Of a DNA stretch of 64,000 nucleotides, positions 31,106-40,102 are shown one piece after another. Position 1 is the stretch's first letter, and each line of letters starts with the position of its first letter. The translations under genes were made by a program, and so were the position numbers. A model generated the notes under the pieces. That model saw only the letters and a program-made list of their open reading frames with translations, searched no databases and was not told the DNA's origin. Where the stretch lies: positions 248,001-312,000 of the IMG/VR virus record IMGVR_UViG_3300022602_000024; one strand, written 5' to 3'.

Positions 31106-31600
31106 TTAAATAGTCCCGCCATCAATTGAGAAAGTTGTATTTCCCGGAGGTGCAACTGTTGTGCTATAGTATGCTGGTAATACTTCCAAGTCCAAAGGAA
31201 CTCCGTAGTTGTCATCGATATAGACCGGACTGGTTGTATCAGTACTGGTAACTGTGGTTGAAAAAGCCAACTTGTAAAAACGATTTTCTAAACTGTTGAT
31301 GGTGTTGGCATCAAATGTAAACGTGCCTTGTCCTAATTGTATGTTGGCAAAAGTCACTGCATAACTTTTAATAGTAACCTGATTAGTAGGGTCCTGTATG
31401 CTGGCTGTTACAGTACTGCCAGTCAAATTCACCGGCCTTTGGTCTTGATTTTTAATAATGACTTGTACTGGATTGTCTACACCTTGGTAAACTTTGATAG
31501 GACGTGAATACATAACTCGGTTCCGATTTGTAAAAATAGTAGGGTCAAATACCTGTACCTCAACAGTATTTGGATAGACGTAGGCTTTAACGGTGATCAT
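31106..31600 (-). CDS. Putative baseplate/fibre attachment protein
   Basis: VYQGVDN....IKNQDQRPVNLTG Ig-like pattern; start 4 nt after TAAATA. Confidence 0.6.
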   Translation of the reverse strand: MITVKAYVYPNTVEVQVFDPTIFTNRNRVMYSRPIKVYQGVDNPVQVIIKNQDQRPVNLTGSTVTASIQDPTNQVTIKSYAVTFANIQLGQGTFTFDANTINSLENRFYKLAFSTTVTSTDTTSPVYIDDNYGVPLDLEVLPAYYSTTVAPPGNTTFSIDGGTI

Positions 31601-31604
31601 ACAA

Positions 31605-31636
31605 TATTTATCCGGATATTTATTTTGGATTAAATA
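31605..31636. promoter_or_regulatory. Divergent T4-type late promoter pair
   Basis: TAAATA on minus (31605-31610) and plus (31631-31636), each 4-6 nt from an ATG. Confidence 0.7.
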
Positions 31637-31642
31637 CAACTG

Positions 31643-32017
31643 ATGGATGACCACTACACACAATTATTAGCCAAATACCCGTATCTAAGCCACATTACAT
31701 ACGGAGGCAACGATTACATAGGGATTATACAAAATTCCGACGAGGTCATCACTACCTTGTATGATTTTGGTGCGCTGAAAGACGGGGATATGAAACGAGT
31801 ATTCTTAGAATTAGGGGAAACCTGGTGGTGGGAAAGCAACAGGCTCATTCCCATCAACGTGTTCTTGAAGAAGGACTGGAGTGTTTTTAGAATATGTCTA
31901 CGTACTATGAACAGCAAAGACGTAGAAATTGTAATGGGCCCTTATGTGAGCCTAAAGGAAATGGCTACTAAACGTAGCAAACGTAAGTCAATTACCTTGG
32001 TTAGAAAAGTCAGCTGA
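31643..32017 (+). CDS. Conserved phage hypothetical protein
   Basis: 124 aa, YIGIIQN and WWWESNRLIPINVFL. Confidence 0.75.
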   Translation: MDDHYTQLLAKYPYLSHITYGGNDYIGIIQNSDEVITTLYDFGALKDGDMKRVFLELGETWWWESNRLIPINVFLKKDWSVFRICLRTMNSKDVEIVMGPYVSLKEMATKRSKRKSITLVRKVS

Positions 32018-32600
32018 CATCACTGCGGAGTTGTTCGCAGATCAAGTTCATGTGAACTGCCACAAGATGCGCATAAGCCAGGCTGTGCGACTTCTTAAAA
32101 TAGTATTCATCATCTGTTTTGTTCCAAACAGTTTCTGCCACTTCTCGCCAAGTCTTACCAACTAAATGCCGCTTGCCAGGACGTATTAGTGCCAAGAACA
32201 TGGCCATCCTGGGAATACTATTCACTGGCTCAGGACATCGCATCAGCAAGTCATGATGATTGCCAATGTGTATAACAAGACTACAAAATTCAGGATCCAA
32301 CAACAACTCCCACATGGGCTCTTGTGCCATTAGATCTGTTAAGTGTTGCTCGCTCTTTATCTGTGTATATAAAGACACATTCAAAAAGTCCAGTTTGGCG
32401 TAACCTAGATCCTCTGCAGTCTCGTAGTTGATACTAGCAATGCCCAAGAATGGATCTACGGGAATGTCTGTGGCGTATACTCCAGTATTGTGCCGAACTA
32501 ACCGTCCGTCACGTAAGATGCTTGCTGGCGTAACCGACAACAAATCAATGGCCTGTTGCCTGTTTCCAAAGTCAATGTCAATGTCTGACTTAAACTTCAT
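32010..32600 (-). CDS. Miniature DNA polymerase III alpha (DnaE)-like catalytic domain
   Basis: SDIDID, RHNTGVY, AKLDFL, ALIRPG and YYFKKSHSLAYA match the DnaE palm/finger motifs in order. Confidence 0.85.
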   Translation of the reverse strand: MKFKSDIDIDFGNRQQAIDLLSVTPASILRDGRLVRHNTGVYATDIPVDPFLGIASINYETAEDLGYAKLDFLNVSLYTQIKSEQHLTDLMAQEPMWELLLDPEFCSLVIHIGNHHDLLMRCPEPVNSIPRMAMFLALIRPGKRHLVGKTWREVAETVWNKTDDEYYFKKSHSLAYAHLVAVHMNLICEQLRSDVS

Positions 32601-33522
32601 ATATTGTCTCTATATATTTTATAATAGTATTGGCTATGTTCTTATTTGATTCTACACCGGGATGGAGTTTATCTGTCCCAAAATCTACTAGATATTCTGC
32701 CATCCAACTTGCTGGTATAAATTCTTTCATATCATAAAAGTAAGTCTGATCCGATGATGAATATATATTGTTATCTTTATAATTAATTAACCAAAAAACT
32801 AATTTTAATTTTTTTGCACGTGCAATATTGACCATTGATCTTATTTTAACTAATAGTTCATAAAATAAAAAGTCTTTATGGTAAACATCTAACATTGATT
32901 TTGTGGGATGTCGAGCAAACATAAGTTTAATTAATTGCTGAGAGTTTTCTGTACAATAATGAATACGGTCTAATCCTGTAAATTGTACTACAACCAACTG
33001 CCCCGGGTTCATTTCAAGTCTGCTAAATTTATCAAATATTAAATTATTGCTCCCCCCGGGTTCAGATAAATTTAATACTGTTTTATTAAAATAATTTGCA
33101 ACAATATTCGAATACATTGCTTGTCGGTTAGGTAATGCAATCCCATAGGTAAAACTACACCCTAAAAATATCATTTGATCATTTGTAACTGATATTTTTT
33201 TACCCCACTGATAAACATCAAAGCTCATTTGATCTAGATTCTTTACAGTTTTATATTTTAAATTAAAGTCTTTAAGCCAATTTAAAAAGTTGTAGTATTC
33301 AGCATCACTATAAAATTCATCAGGACTGCATTCTGCCCAGTAAACTTCATCTGCTGACTTTAATACCATTTCCAATTCATTTAAGTCGGGGATATCTTGT
33401 ATTGATGTATGCCCCACAACTTCGTTGTTATCAACGGATGTAATTAAATTACTATGAGGTAGTTCAAGTCTTTTGTAATAATTTGCAGTATTATTATGTG
33501 CACTACCAATGATAATTTTCAT
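32590..33522 (-). CDS. SGNH-hydrolase-like protein
   Basis: FLGCSFTYG, NLSEPGGSN and D.LHPG; AT-rich. Confidence 0.7.
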   Translation of the reverse strand: MKIIIGSAHNNTANYYKRLELPHSNLITSVDNNEVVGHTSIQDIPDLNELEMVLKSADEVYWAECSPDEFYSDAEYYNFLNWLKDFNLKYKTVKNLDQMSFDVYQWGKKISVTNDQMIFLGCSFTYGIALPNRQAMYSNIVANYFNKTVLNLSEPGGSNNLIFDKFSRLEMNPGQLVVVQFTGLDRIHYCTENSQQLIKLMFARHPTKSMLDVYHKDFLFYELLVKIRSMVNIARAKKLKLVFWLINYKDNNIYSSSDQTYFYDMKEFIPASWMAEYLVDFGTDKLHPGVESNKNIANTIIKYIETIYEV

Positions 33523-34202
33523 AGTCCTGCTTTCTGTAATATATCTTTAACCCATTCCGTATCAGCCATGTAATCACGAAACTTTTGTTGCCAATAATCG
33601 GGATCAATCCACGGCAATATGATTGCTAGTTGTTCTTCGGACAAGGACTCAAGAAATTCCACACCAGATACACAATTGAATAAAACCCAAGGACTAATCC
33701 TCCCAGTTGTAATATGGTGACAAATGCGATTGCTGTTACCAAACCTAAAATAGTCTCGATAACCGTTTTTAAGATCCGGGTGATCATCTGCATAACTTTC
33801 CATTTCCTTTAAGGTACGCTCCATGGCGTCTTGTACTGCTTCACGTTTGACATAATCGTGTAGCCATTGCTCGTATAAGGTGTCTTTACACCAGTAGTCT
33901 AGTTTTTTATTGTTCTTTAACAACCAGTCTGTAAAACTGTTGGTGTTAACTGCTCTGATAGACACAAGGTATCTACCATATTTTACAAAAGCATTGTAAT
34001 AAGAACTTGTAACAAAATCTTCGTAGCTCTTTAACTTGGCCGAACCCTGTGTGGTTTCATAAAAACGCAAGTATGCACGCAGTCCAAATTGTACGCCTGT
34101 TTCTTTTTCCTGTTGCCATCTGCGTTTTTGTTCGCAGAGATGTGCAGTCAACGTAGACTCTTTACTATAAGATTTGTTACAGTATCGGCAAGTAAAACTC
34201 AT
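33519..34202 (-). CDS. Conserved protein with N-terminal C2H2-type zinc finger
   Basis: FTCRYCNKSYSKESTLTAHLC. Confidence 0.75.
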   Translation of the reverse strand: MSFTCRYCNKSYSKESTLTAHLCEQKRRWQQEKETGVQFGLRAYLRFYETTQGSAKLKSYEDFVTSSYYNAFVKYGRYLVSIRAVNTNSFTDWLLKNNKKLDYWCKDTLYEQWLHDYVKREAVQDAMERTLKEMESYADDHPDLKNGYRDYFRFGNSNRICHHITTGRISPWVLFNCVSGVEFLESLSEEQLAIILPWIDPDYWQQKFRDYMADTEWVKDILQKAGL

Positions 34203-34669
34203 AGTTCTTTTTTAATGTCCCGATCTTCCATGCCCATTGCACGTGCATAGGCTTTGAGTTCTTTGGTATCATTGATTTCACTCATCAATCTCAAATCATC
34301 TTCTTTCAAGTGAGGATACAAGTTGCGCAGGAACTTGATTGCTTTGTTATCAGTGGTCTTTTTCTTTGCAGCCAACCAAGGATGATATTTAACTCCCATA
34401 CCGGGACTTACAGTGGTAGCCAACAACCATTGTAGTTTTTTATGCTTGCTACCACTGATGTCAAAGAAGTGTTTGTTCAAGCGTTCGTTGGTAGCACGCA
34501 CATACCACTCTTGAAACTCAGGGCCAGCATCTACTGTGGCTCCCCAGCGAATCATCAAGAATGGCGCAAACTTTTTCTTTTCGTCTTCGGACAAGTCGTC
34601 AAAGAACGCTCTGTTTTTGCGATCAAACTGTGCCATTTCGTTTTTGATGTTTAATTTATCTTCGCTCAT
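34199..34669 (-). CDS. Putative clamp-loader small subunit-like protein
   Basis: KKFAPFLMIRW...QW.L; size and replication context resemble gp62; start MSEDKL. Confidence 0.5.
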   Translation of the reverse strand: MSEDKLNIKNEMAQFDRKNRAFFDDLSEDEKKKFAPFLMIRWGATVDAGPEFQEWYVRATNERLNKHFFDISGSKHKKLQWLLATTVSPGMGVKYHPWLAAKKKTTDNKAIKFLRNLYPHLKEDDLRLMSEINDTKELKAYARAMGMEDRDIKKEL

Positions 34670-34989
34670 ACTGGATGGTACATAAGTGGTGGTTCTTGTT
34701 CTTTGCTTAAATGATATATAACTATAGCACGTTCTAGGGCTTCTTGCAAGGCAGGATTGTCCTTTGCAGCACGACGTATATTGCCCCAAAGTTGATCTTC
34801 TCTCATGTGTTCGTACAAGGGTCTGCCGTCTGAGGTGCGTTTGTCATAATCAATCTTGTGCCCATTTATGGGATCATAGTCCCACCCAATGGCTTGTCTA
34901 GTAGATGGGTCTGCGCCTATTTCCCTAGCATAAGTCACACCATCTGCTTGTTCGTAAACATAAACTGCGCCAGGTTTAAGTGTTCCCAT
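34666..34989 (-). CDS. Hypothetical protein
   Basis: Start MGTLKPGAVYVYE directly after the upstream stop. Confidence 0.65.
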   Translation of the reverse strand: MGTLKPGAVYVYEQADGVTYAREIGADPSTRQAIGWDYDPINGHKIDYDKRTSDGRPLYEHMREDQLWGNIRRAAKDNPALQEALERAIVIYHLSKEQEPPLMYHPV

Positions 34990-34990
34990 A

Positions 34991-35506
34991 TTACCAAGCC
35001 TTGCTATAATTAATAACCTCACTTTGGCGACTGATGTCTTTGATAAAGTAGGCACACATGGGTTTTTCACCTTCGGTTAACGGAACTGCGAGTAGTTGCC
35101 CGGGCTTTAACTTTGGAAAATACCATTTAACATCTTGATAGATGTCTACAATTTCCACAGGTTTAAACTCTGGTCTAAAACTGCTCAAGGGGTTGAATGT
35201 AAACACACTAAAGCCACGGTCGTTGATACTGGTAAGAGGCACTACTTCTAGGTCTCCTAGATCTGGTTCGCCAATCAACAGTTGCCAATCCACTGGCATA
35301 CGGATAATGTCTTTACCAATACGCAATACCAATGCAGGACTGTTAAATGATTCTAGAAATATCAAAGGTATATAAAAGTAATCAGGTTCTTTGGGATCAC
35401 TGTTATCTAATACACAAAATCTTACTTCGTCTATTTCATCCGGGATTTGATCCATTGGATATGCTTGATTGTCTAAGGTTAGGATACGAATTTTACTTCC
35501 AATCAT
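34991..35506 (-). CDS. Conserved phage hypothetical protein (beta-rich, possibly a degenerate Hint fold)
   Basis: RILTLDN, FLESFNSPALVLRIG and WYFPKLK. Confidence 0.7.
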   Translation of the reverse strand: MIGSKIRILTLDNQAYPMDQIPDEIDEVRFCVLDNSDPKEPDYFYIPLIFLESFNSPALVLRIGKDIIRMPVDWQLLIGEPDLGDLEVVPLTSINDRGFSVFTFNPLSSFRPEFKPVEIVDIYQDVKWYFPKLKPGQLLAVPLTEGEKPMCAYFIKDISRQSEVINYSKAW

Positions 35507-35575
35507 AAATAATATTGCTAGTCGCGATATTGCAAGTATCCACTAGCTCTAACAGTTTATAAGGAACTATCAGTA

Positions 35576-36394
35576 ATGTATTTAAGTAACAAGTACTCCA
35601 AGTGCTATGATAACATCATTCATCGAGCAAAGTCAAGAGATTTACCAAAAGAAATATATACCGAGAAGCATCATATTATCCCACGAAGTCTTGGCGGGAC
35701 CAACAATGTTGCAAATTTGGTCAGATTGACCGCAAAAGAGCATCGACTTGTTCACATTCTTCTCCCTAAGATGACCATTGATCCTGCACACACAAAGAGT
35801 ATGTGGTATGCGTTATGGATGATGCTACGTACTAAAAATAAAGATCAACAACGGCAAGTTTCAAAAGGCAGAGCATTTGAACTTGCTAAAATACAAGTCG
35901 CTGCTGCATTGTCACATCTACATAAAGGTAAAGTAGTTTCGCCCGAAACTCGTAATAAACTATCTAAATCTCGCATAGGCAAGCCAGGTCCAAATAAAGG
36001 CAAATCTATGTCTCAAGAACAAAAAAACAAATTATCGATTGCTAAAAGGGGAATTCGGCAATCGCAGGAAACTATAGCAAAACAAGTTGCATCTCGTGCT
36101 GGCCACAAACATTCAGAAGAAACTAAACAAAAAATCTCAGAATCCAATAAAGGCAAAATTGTTGTTATTACTAAGGAAACTAAACAAAAGATTTCTAACG
36201 CACTCAAAGGGAGACCATCACCTCTTAGAGGGAGACCATCACCTCTTAAAGGAAAACAAGCATCCGCCGAACTAATACAACGGTATAAAGATGGACATAA
36301 AAATAGAGAAATTGTAACCTGTCCACATTGCAATAAGACTTTAACAAAACAGAATTATAATAGATGGCACGGAGACAGATGTAAAAACAAATAA
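35576..36394 (+). CDS. Free-standing HNH homing endonuclease with NUMOD3 repeats
   Basis: YTEKHHIIPRSLGGTN...NLVRLTAKEH...H; repeated HSEETKQKIS; C-terminal CPHC...RWHGDRCK; antisense to its neighbours. Confidence 0.92.
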   Translation: MYLSNKYSKCYDNIIHRAKSRDLPKEIYTEKHHIIPRSLGGTNNVANLVRLTAKEHRLVHILLPKMTIDPAHTKSMWYALWMMLRTKNKDQQRQVSKGRAFELAKIQVAAALSHLHKGKVVSPETRNKLSKSRIGKPGPNKGKSMSQEQKNKLSIAKRGIRQSQETIAKQVASRAGHKHSEETKQKISESNKGKIVVITKETKQKISNALKGRPSPLRGRPSPLKGKQASAELIQRYKDGHKNREIVTCPHCNKTLTKQNYNRWHGDRCKNK

Positions 36395-36396
36395 TT

Positions 36397-37857
36397 CTAT
36401 TGCCAATTTGCTTTTTCTATTGTGTACGGATAGTTGGCTTCCGTATAAAATTTCTTTCTACTGGTCAAGTGTCTTTTTGCAAACTTGCAGGTGCTGGTGA
36501 TGTCCCAGATTTGGACAAAATCTTTATCTTCCGCTTTCCTAATGCCGCGCCCAATTGATTGTATAACTCGTACAAAGCTCTTTCCGGGTTCAACAAGAAC
36601 CAAATTAAAAATACGTGGAATATTAATACCCACAGCGGCCACACCATAAGTCGCCACAATAATCTTGTCAGATGATATCGCCACCGCGTCATATTCTTCC
36701 TTTCTATCTTTTGCTTTAGTTGACCCCGATACAAATACTGCACGATCTCCTAGTCGTTCTACTAGAAGTTTACCAGTGGCAATACGATCTACCAAGACCA
36801 AGGTATTGCCTGTTTCGTTAACTCTATTAATTAGGCTCTGCATGTAATCTAATCTACCATCTGTTTCTAACAGGTATTTTACTTCTGTTTGATAGTCTTT
36901 GTACTCTACATGGTCAACTAATTGTACTATATTAATGTGGCAGTTAGCAAGATGTCCGACTTCTTGCAAGTCGCTGGCACTGAGTTGTCCCACTACCGGT
37001 CCTAGGCTACAAAATATACTGACCTTGGCATAGTCTTCTTTAGGTATTGTTCCTGTTAGTCCCCAACGAATAGGAACATGAGCAAATACTCCTGTCAATA
37101 GAGTCTTCAGTGCATCTGCTTTGGCCATGTGTACTTCATCGACCATGATGCAGACTACACCTTCAATGAAGTCACCAATGTCCACTTCCGCTTCGGCATT
37201 CTTTGTATTCTTTAGCATGTTGTTTAGACTTTGCCAAGTACATATTGTATGTGTCTTGTTGTATTCTTTACGATCGCCGAAGTAAACTCCCACATCAAGT
37301 CCAAGATTTTTGTAGTCATCTTCAGTTTGTGTAACTAGACTTTTGTTGGGCACAATGATAATACTGCGCCCATATGGTTCCACACTCTTACTTAAAGCTG
37401 CGGTCATAATAGTCTTACCTGCACCGGTAGCGATCTCCTGCAGACTCTGAGGATTGTTAAAAAAGTTATTTAAGATAGGAACTTGATAATCACGCAACAT
37501 AATGGGTTCGCCAGCTCGTGGATGGCCTTTGGGCCATGTCTTGTCAGCAAACATATCTTCAGTTGCTACAGGAAATTCAAATGTGGTTCGATAATCCCGG
37601 GTATCATCTATTTCGATGTCATAGCCTTCAGCATCCAGGATAGGAAGTATATCAGGCAACAAATTGATATACGTGCTGCCCCCAAGTTGGAAGAATGCAA
37701 CCTTGCCATCCCACCGGCCTAATCGCACACTTGGTTGAAAACGTGCTCCGGGGATTTCGTATTTGAATTTGTTGGACAAAGTTTTTCTAGTAGAAAGATC
37801 CAGTCCTTCTATCTTGACATTAACTTCATCTCTTATAATCAATTTACAATAGGTCAT
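36397..37857 (-). CDS. uvsW: UvsW-like superfamily 2 DNA helicase
   Basis: LRDYQ, ATGAGKT, DEVH, GLTGT and QSIGRGIR. Confidence 0.92.
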   Translation of the reverse strand: MTYCKLIIRDEVNVKIEGLDLSTRKTLSNKFKYEIPGARFQPSVRLGRWDGKVAFFQLGGSTYINLLPDILPILDAEGYDIEIDDTRDYRTTFEFPVATEDMFADKTWPKGHPRAGEPIMLRDYQVPILNNFFNNPQSLQEIATGAGKTIMTAALSKSVEPYGRSIIIVPNKSLVTQTEDDYKNLGLDVGVYFGDRKEYNKTHTICTWQSLNNMLKNTKNAEAEVDIGDFIEGVVCIMVDEVHMAKADALKTLLTGVFAHVPIRWGLTGTIPKEDYAKVSIFCSLGPVVGQLSASDLQEVGHLANCHINIVQLVDHVEYKDYQTEVKYLLETDGRLDYMQSLINRVNETGNTLVLVDRIATGKLLVERLGDRAVFVSGSTKAKDRKEEYDAVAISSDKIIVATYGVAAVGINIPRIFNLVLVEPGKSFVRVIQSIGRGIRKAEDKDFVQIWDITSTCKFAKRHLTSRKKFYTEANYPYTIEKANWQ

Positions 37858-38723
37858 TCAAAATATACTTGGTTTATGTGTTGCCTTGCAGCAATGTCAG
37901 CAACGATTTGTGCTGGCTCTTGTGTTCTTACTAGTTGTGCAACTGGAAATCGGTAGGGCGCTATAGCATAACTGTACAAGTTATTATAGCCTCTACTGCT
38001 GAAAAAGTCAATATGTTTATGATGATATTCTTTTAACCTAGCCATTTTATTATTGACTTGGTCCATGGTTTCGTCAAACATTCGTATAACAAAATCAGCA
38101 GAATAATAACGAAATGGACGGAACGCATCATCTGCTATATATTGGTCGTTGTCTTGCATTAGATCTTCTGCAGTCTTGCCTATTTCACAATAGTTCAAAC
38201 ACACAGTACCAAATTCGGGCTTTAATACACCATAAGCACCAATCAGGTTAGGAGTTAAAGTTTTGGTTTTAGGTAACCCATACCATGTACACACAAATCT
38301 AGGTTGTGGGGCTCTGCTGACAGTTTCGCATCGGTGTACAGCTATATTTAGATTGGCTAGTGCCTGTCGTACATGCACAGGTGCACGTTGCCAAAACTCA
38401 TGTGTTTGCTGATCCAACAATCCGTGATACACTTCAAATATGTGATGTAGATAATTTAAACAATCTTGATCGCGGATGTTAGTAAACTCACGTTCAATAA
38501 TAGGCTCAAAATTGTTTATAGTTGTTATACATTCATTTATAAATTGTTCAGCCCGTGCTGTTTCTTCAGCCAAGGACCCAAAGCCATAAAATCTCGCAGG
38601 ATCATCCAATGGATAACTTGCACGTGCTTGCATACGCTCAACCCATAGTTTAGCAATGGGAGTATCAAGTACTCGAAATTTTAATGTGTAATTGTCGTGG
38701 CCTAAGTCAATGCAAAGATTCAT
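37854..38723 (-). CDS. Hypothetical protein, distant paralog of 61447..62397
   Basis: LNYLHHIFE, LNIAVHRCE and IGK...D motifs. Confidence 0.7.
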   Translation of the reverse strand: MNLCIDLGHDNYTLKFRVLDTPIAKLWVERMQARASYPLDDPARFYGFGSLAEETARAEQFINECITTINNFEPIIEREFTNIRDQDCLNYLHHIFEVYHGLLDQQTHEFWQRAPVHVRQALANLNIAVHRCETVSRAPQPRFVCTWYGLPKTKTLTPNLIGAYGVLKPEFGTVCLNYCEIGKTAEDLMQDNDQYIADDAFRPFRYYSADFVIRMFDETMDQVNNKMARLKEYHHKHIDFFSSRGYNNLYSYAIAPYRFPVAQLVRTQEPAQIVADIAARQHINQVYFE

Positions 38724-39892
38724 TATGAGATTGAAGTAACTGGTGTATCCTTGTTATTCTTGTTGTACACATCTTTTGTAAAGTAAACAATCTTTTCGGC
38801 TGTTTGAATCCACATTTGTCTGTCGCCGCCAAACAACATACCAGCGGTACTGATAAGCAATGGAATATGTGTAACAGGATATTTAGGAATTCTATTAGTA
38901 TATATCACTTTAGCCGATGAATCTATTGCTGTACTGCCGTCCACTAGTATTTGTATTTGATCAGCAAAGTGCCGATTGAGTTCGGTTAATATCTTCACAT
39001 CAGGGCTGGGTTCGTATACATAAACAGGGAATCGATCAACTGCTTTGATATAGGTTACAAGATCTGCAATTACATCTTCAGTAACCACTTCTCCTTTTAG
39101 TTGACGATTGGTACAAAAACTAGCAAATCTTTCTCCACACTCTGCAGTCACTACTTGAAGTATTTCATCAGATACCGTATAGCCAAATAGTGGTGCAATG
39201 TCTATTAAATGCACTAAGTTGTCGTTGTTTATGCCCCTGTGATGTTGTTTGATATAGTCTATCAAACTTGATTCGGCATTGGTAATCGAAACTGTGCCAT
39301 TCTTAATAACAAGTTCTATTTTGTAATCTGTTTTTTCCACTGCAAGAATAAGATCCATAAGATCTTGCACACTTGCATCAATTTCAAAATTGTGTTGTTT
39401 TGCAAAACTGTAGCAGAAGTTCAAATTCCATTCTGTTAAGTCAGCTTCTTGTAATCGCAGTTCTCTATTAAAGCGTATTTGCCCATGGCTATCTTTGGCA
39501 GCTGTACGCATTTGATCAATCATTTCTGTGTTAAATGGATATCGTAGTCTGATTAGATTGTCTTCGACCCATACTCGTGTAGTACGGTCCACTCGGCGTA
39601 TTGGCATTTTAAAAACAGGATTCTTAACAATACCGATGTCAATGTCTTTTTTAGCAAGCTGCCGTTCGTAGGTTGACAATAACTTTACTGCCAGGGCCGC
39701 TTGCCTATCTGTGTAGGCGGTCCCGATCAAACTCTGCTCTGCCAAACTAGGAACAACTTTGGTATCATACCTAGCCAGGCTAATGAGTGGTTCCACAGTA
39801 GAGAACAAATAGTTACTATCTACTTTGCCGTTAATGCCACGATAGCCAGCAATGACTTCAATGTATTCTTCAATGTAGTTAAATGTAATCAT
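38723..39892 (-). CDS. Conserved phage hypothetical protein
   Basis: 389-aa ORF; TATAAT 5 nt before the ATG. Confidence 0.75.
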   Translation of the reverse strand: MITFNYIEEYIEVIAGYRGINGKVDSNYLFSTVEPLISLARYDTKVVPSLAEQSLIGTAYTDRQAALAVKLLSTYERQLAKKDIDIGIVKNPVFKMPIRRVDRTTRVWVEDNLIRLRYPFNTEMIDQMRTAAKDSHGQIRFNRELRLQEADLTEWNLNFCYSFAKQHNFEIDASVQDLMDLILAVEKTDYKIELVIKNGTVSITNAESSLIDYIKQHHRGINNDNLVHLIDIAPLFGYTVSDEILQVVTAECGERFASFCTNRQLKGEVVTEDVIADLVTYIKAVDRFPVYVYEPSPDVKILTELNRHFADQIQILVDGSTAIDSSAKVIYTNRIPKYPVTHIPLLISTAGMLFGGDRQMWIQTAEKIVYFTKDVYNKNNKDTPVTSIS

Positions 39893-39919
39893 ACAGTATT
39901 ATAACATAGTTATACGAAA

Positions 39920-39949
39920 GAAAAAACCCCAAGTGTTTCCACTTGGGGC
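39920..39949 (-). terminator. Rho-independent terminator
   Basis: CCCCAAGTG-GAAA-CACTTGGGG followed by TTTTTT on minus. Confidence 0.88.
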
Positions 39950-40003
39950 AAAACTACAACCCAGGAGCTAGAACGGATTGTAGGGAAAGGAGCAAACACA
40001 ACT

Positions 40004-40102
40004 TCAACTACATACCAACAAAAACGCTAGTAAGAAAGCAATAATGGGATGACCAAAAACTATGAACAATAGTACAGCAAGCCATCCCATATCTTCCTCC
40101 AT
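40004..40102 (-). CDS. 32-aa membrane microprotein; absent from the ORF track
   Basis: MEEDMGWLAVLLFIVFGHPIIAFLLAFLLVCS; TAATG-coupled to the ATPase. Confidence 0.55.
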   Translation of the reverse strand: MEEDMGWLAVLLFIVFGHPIIAFLLAFLLVCS

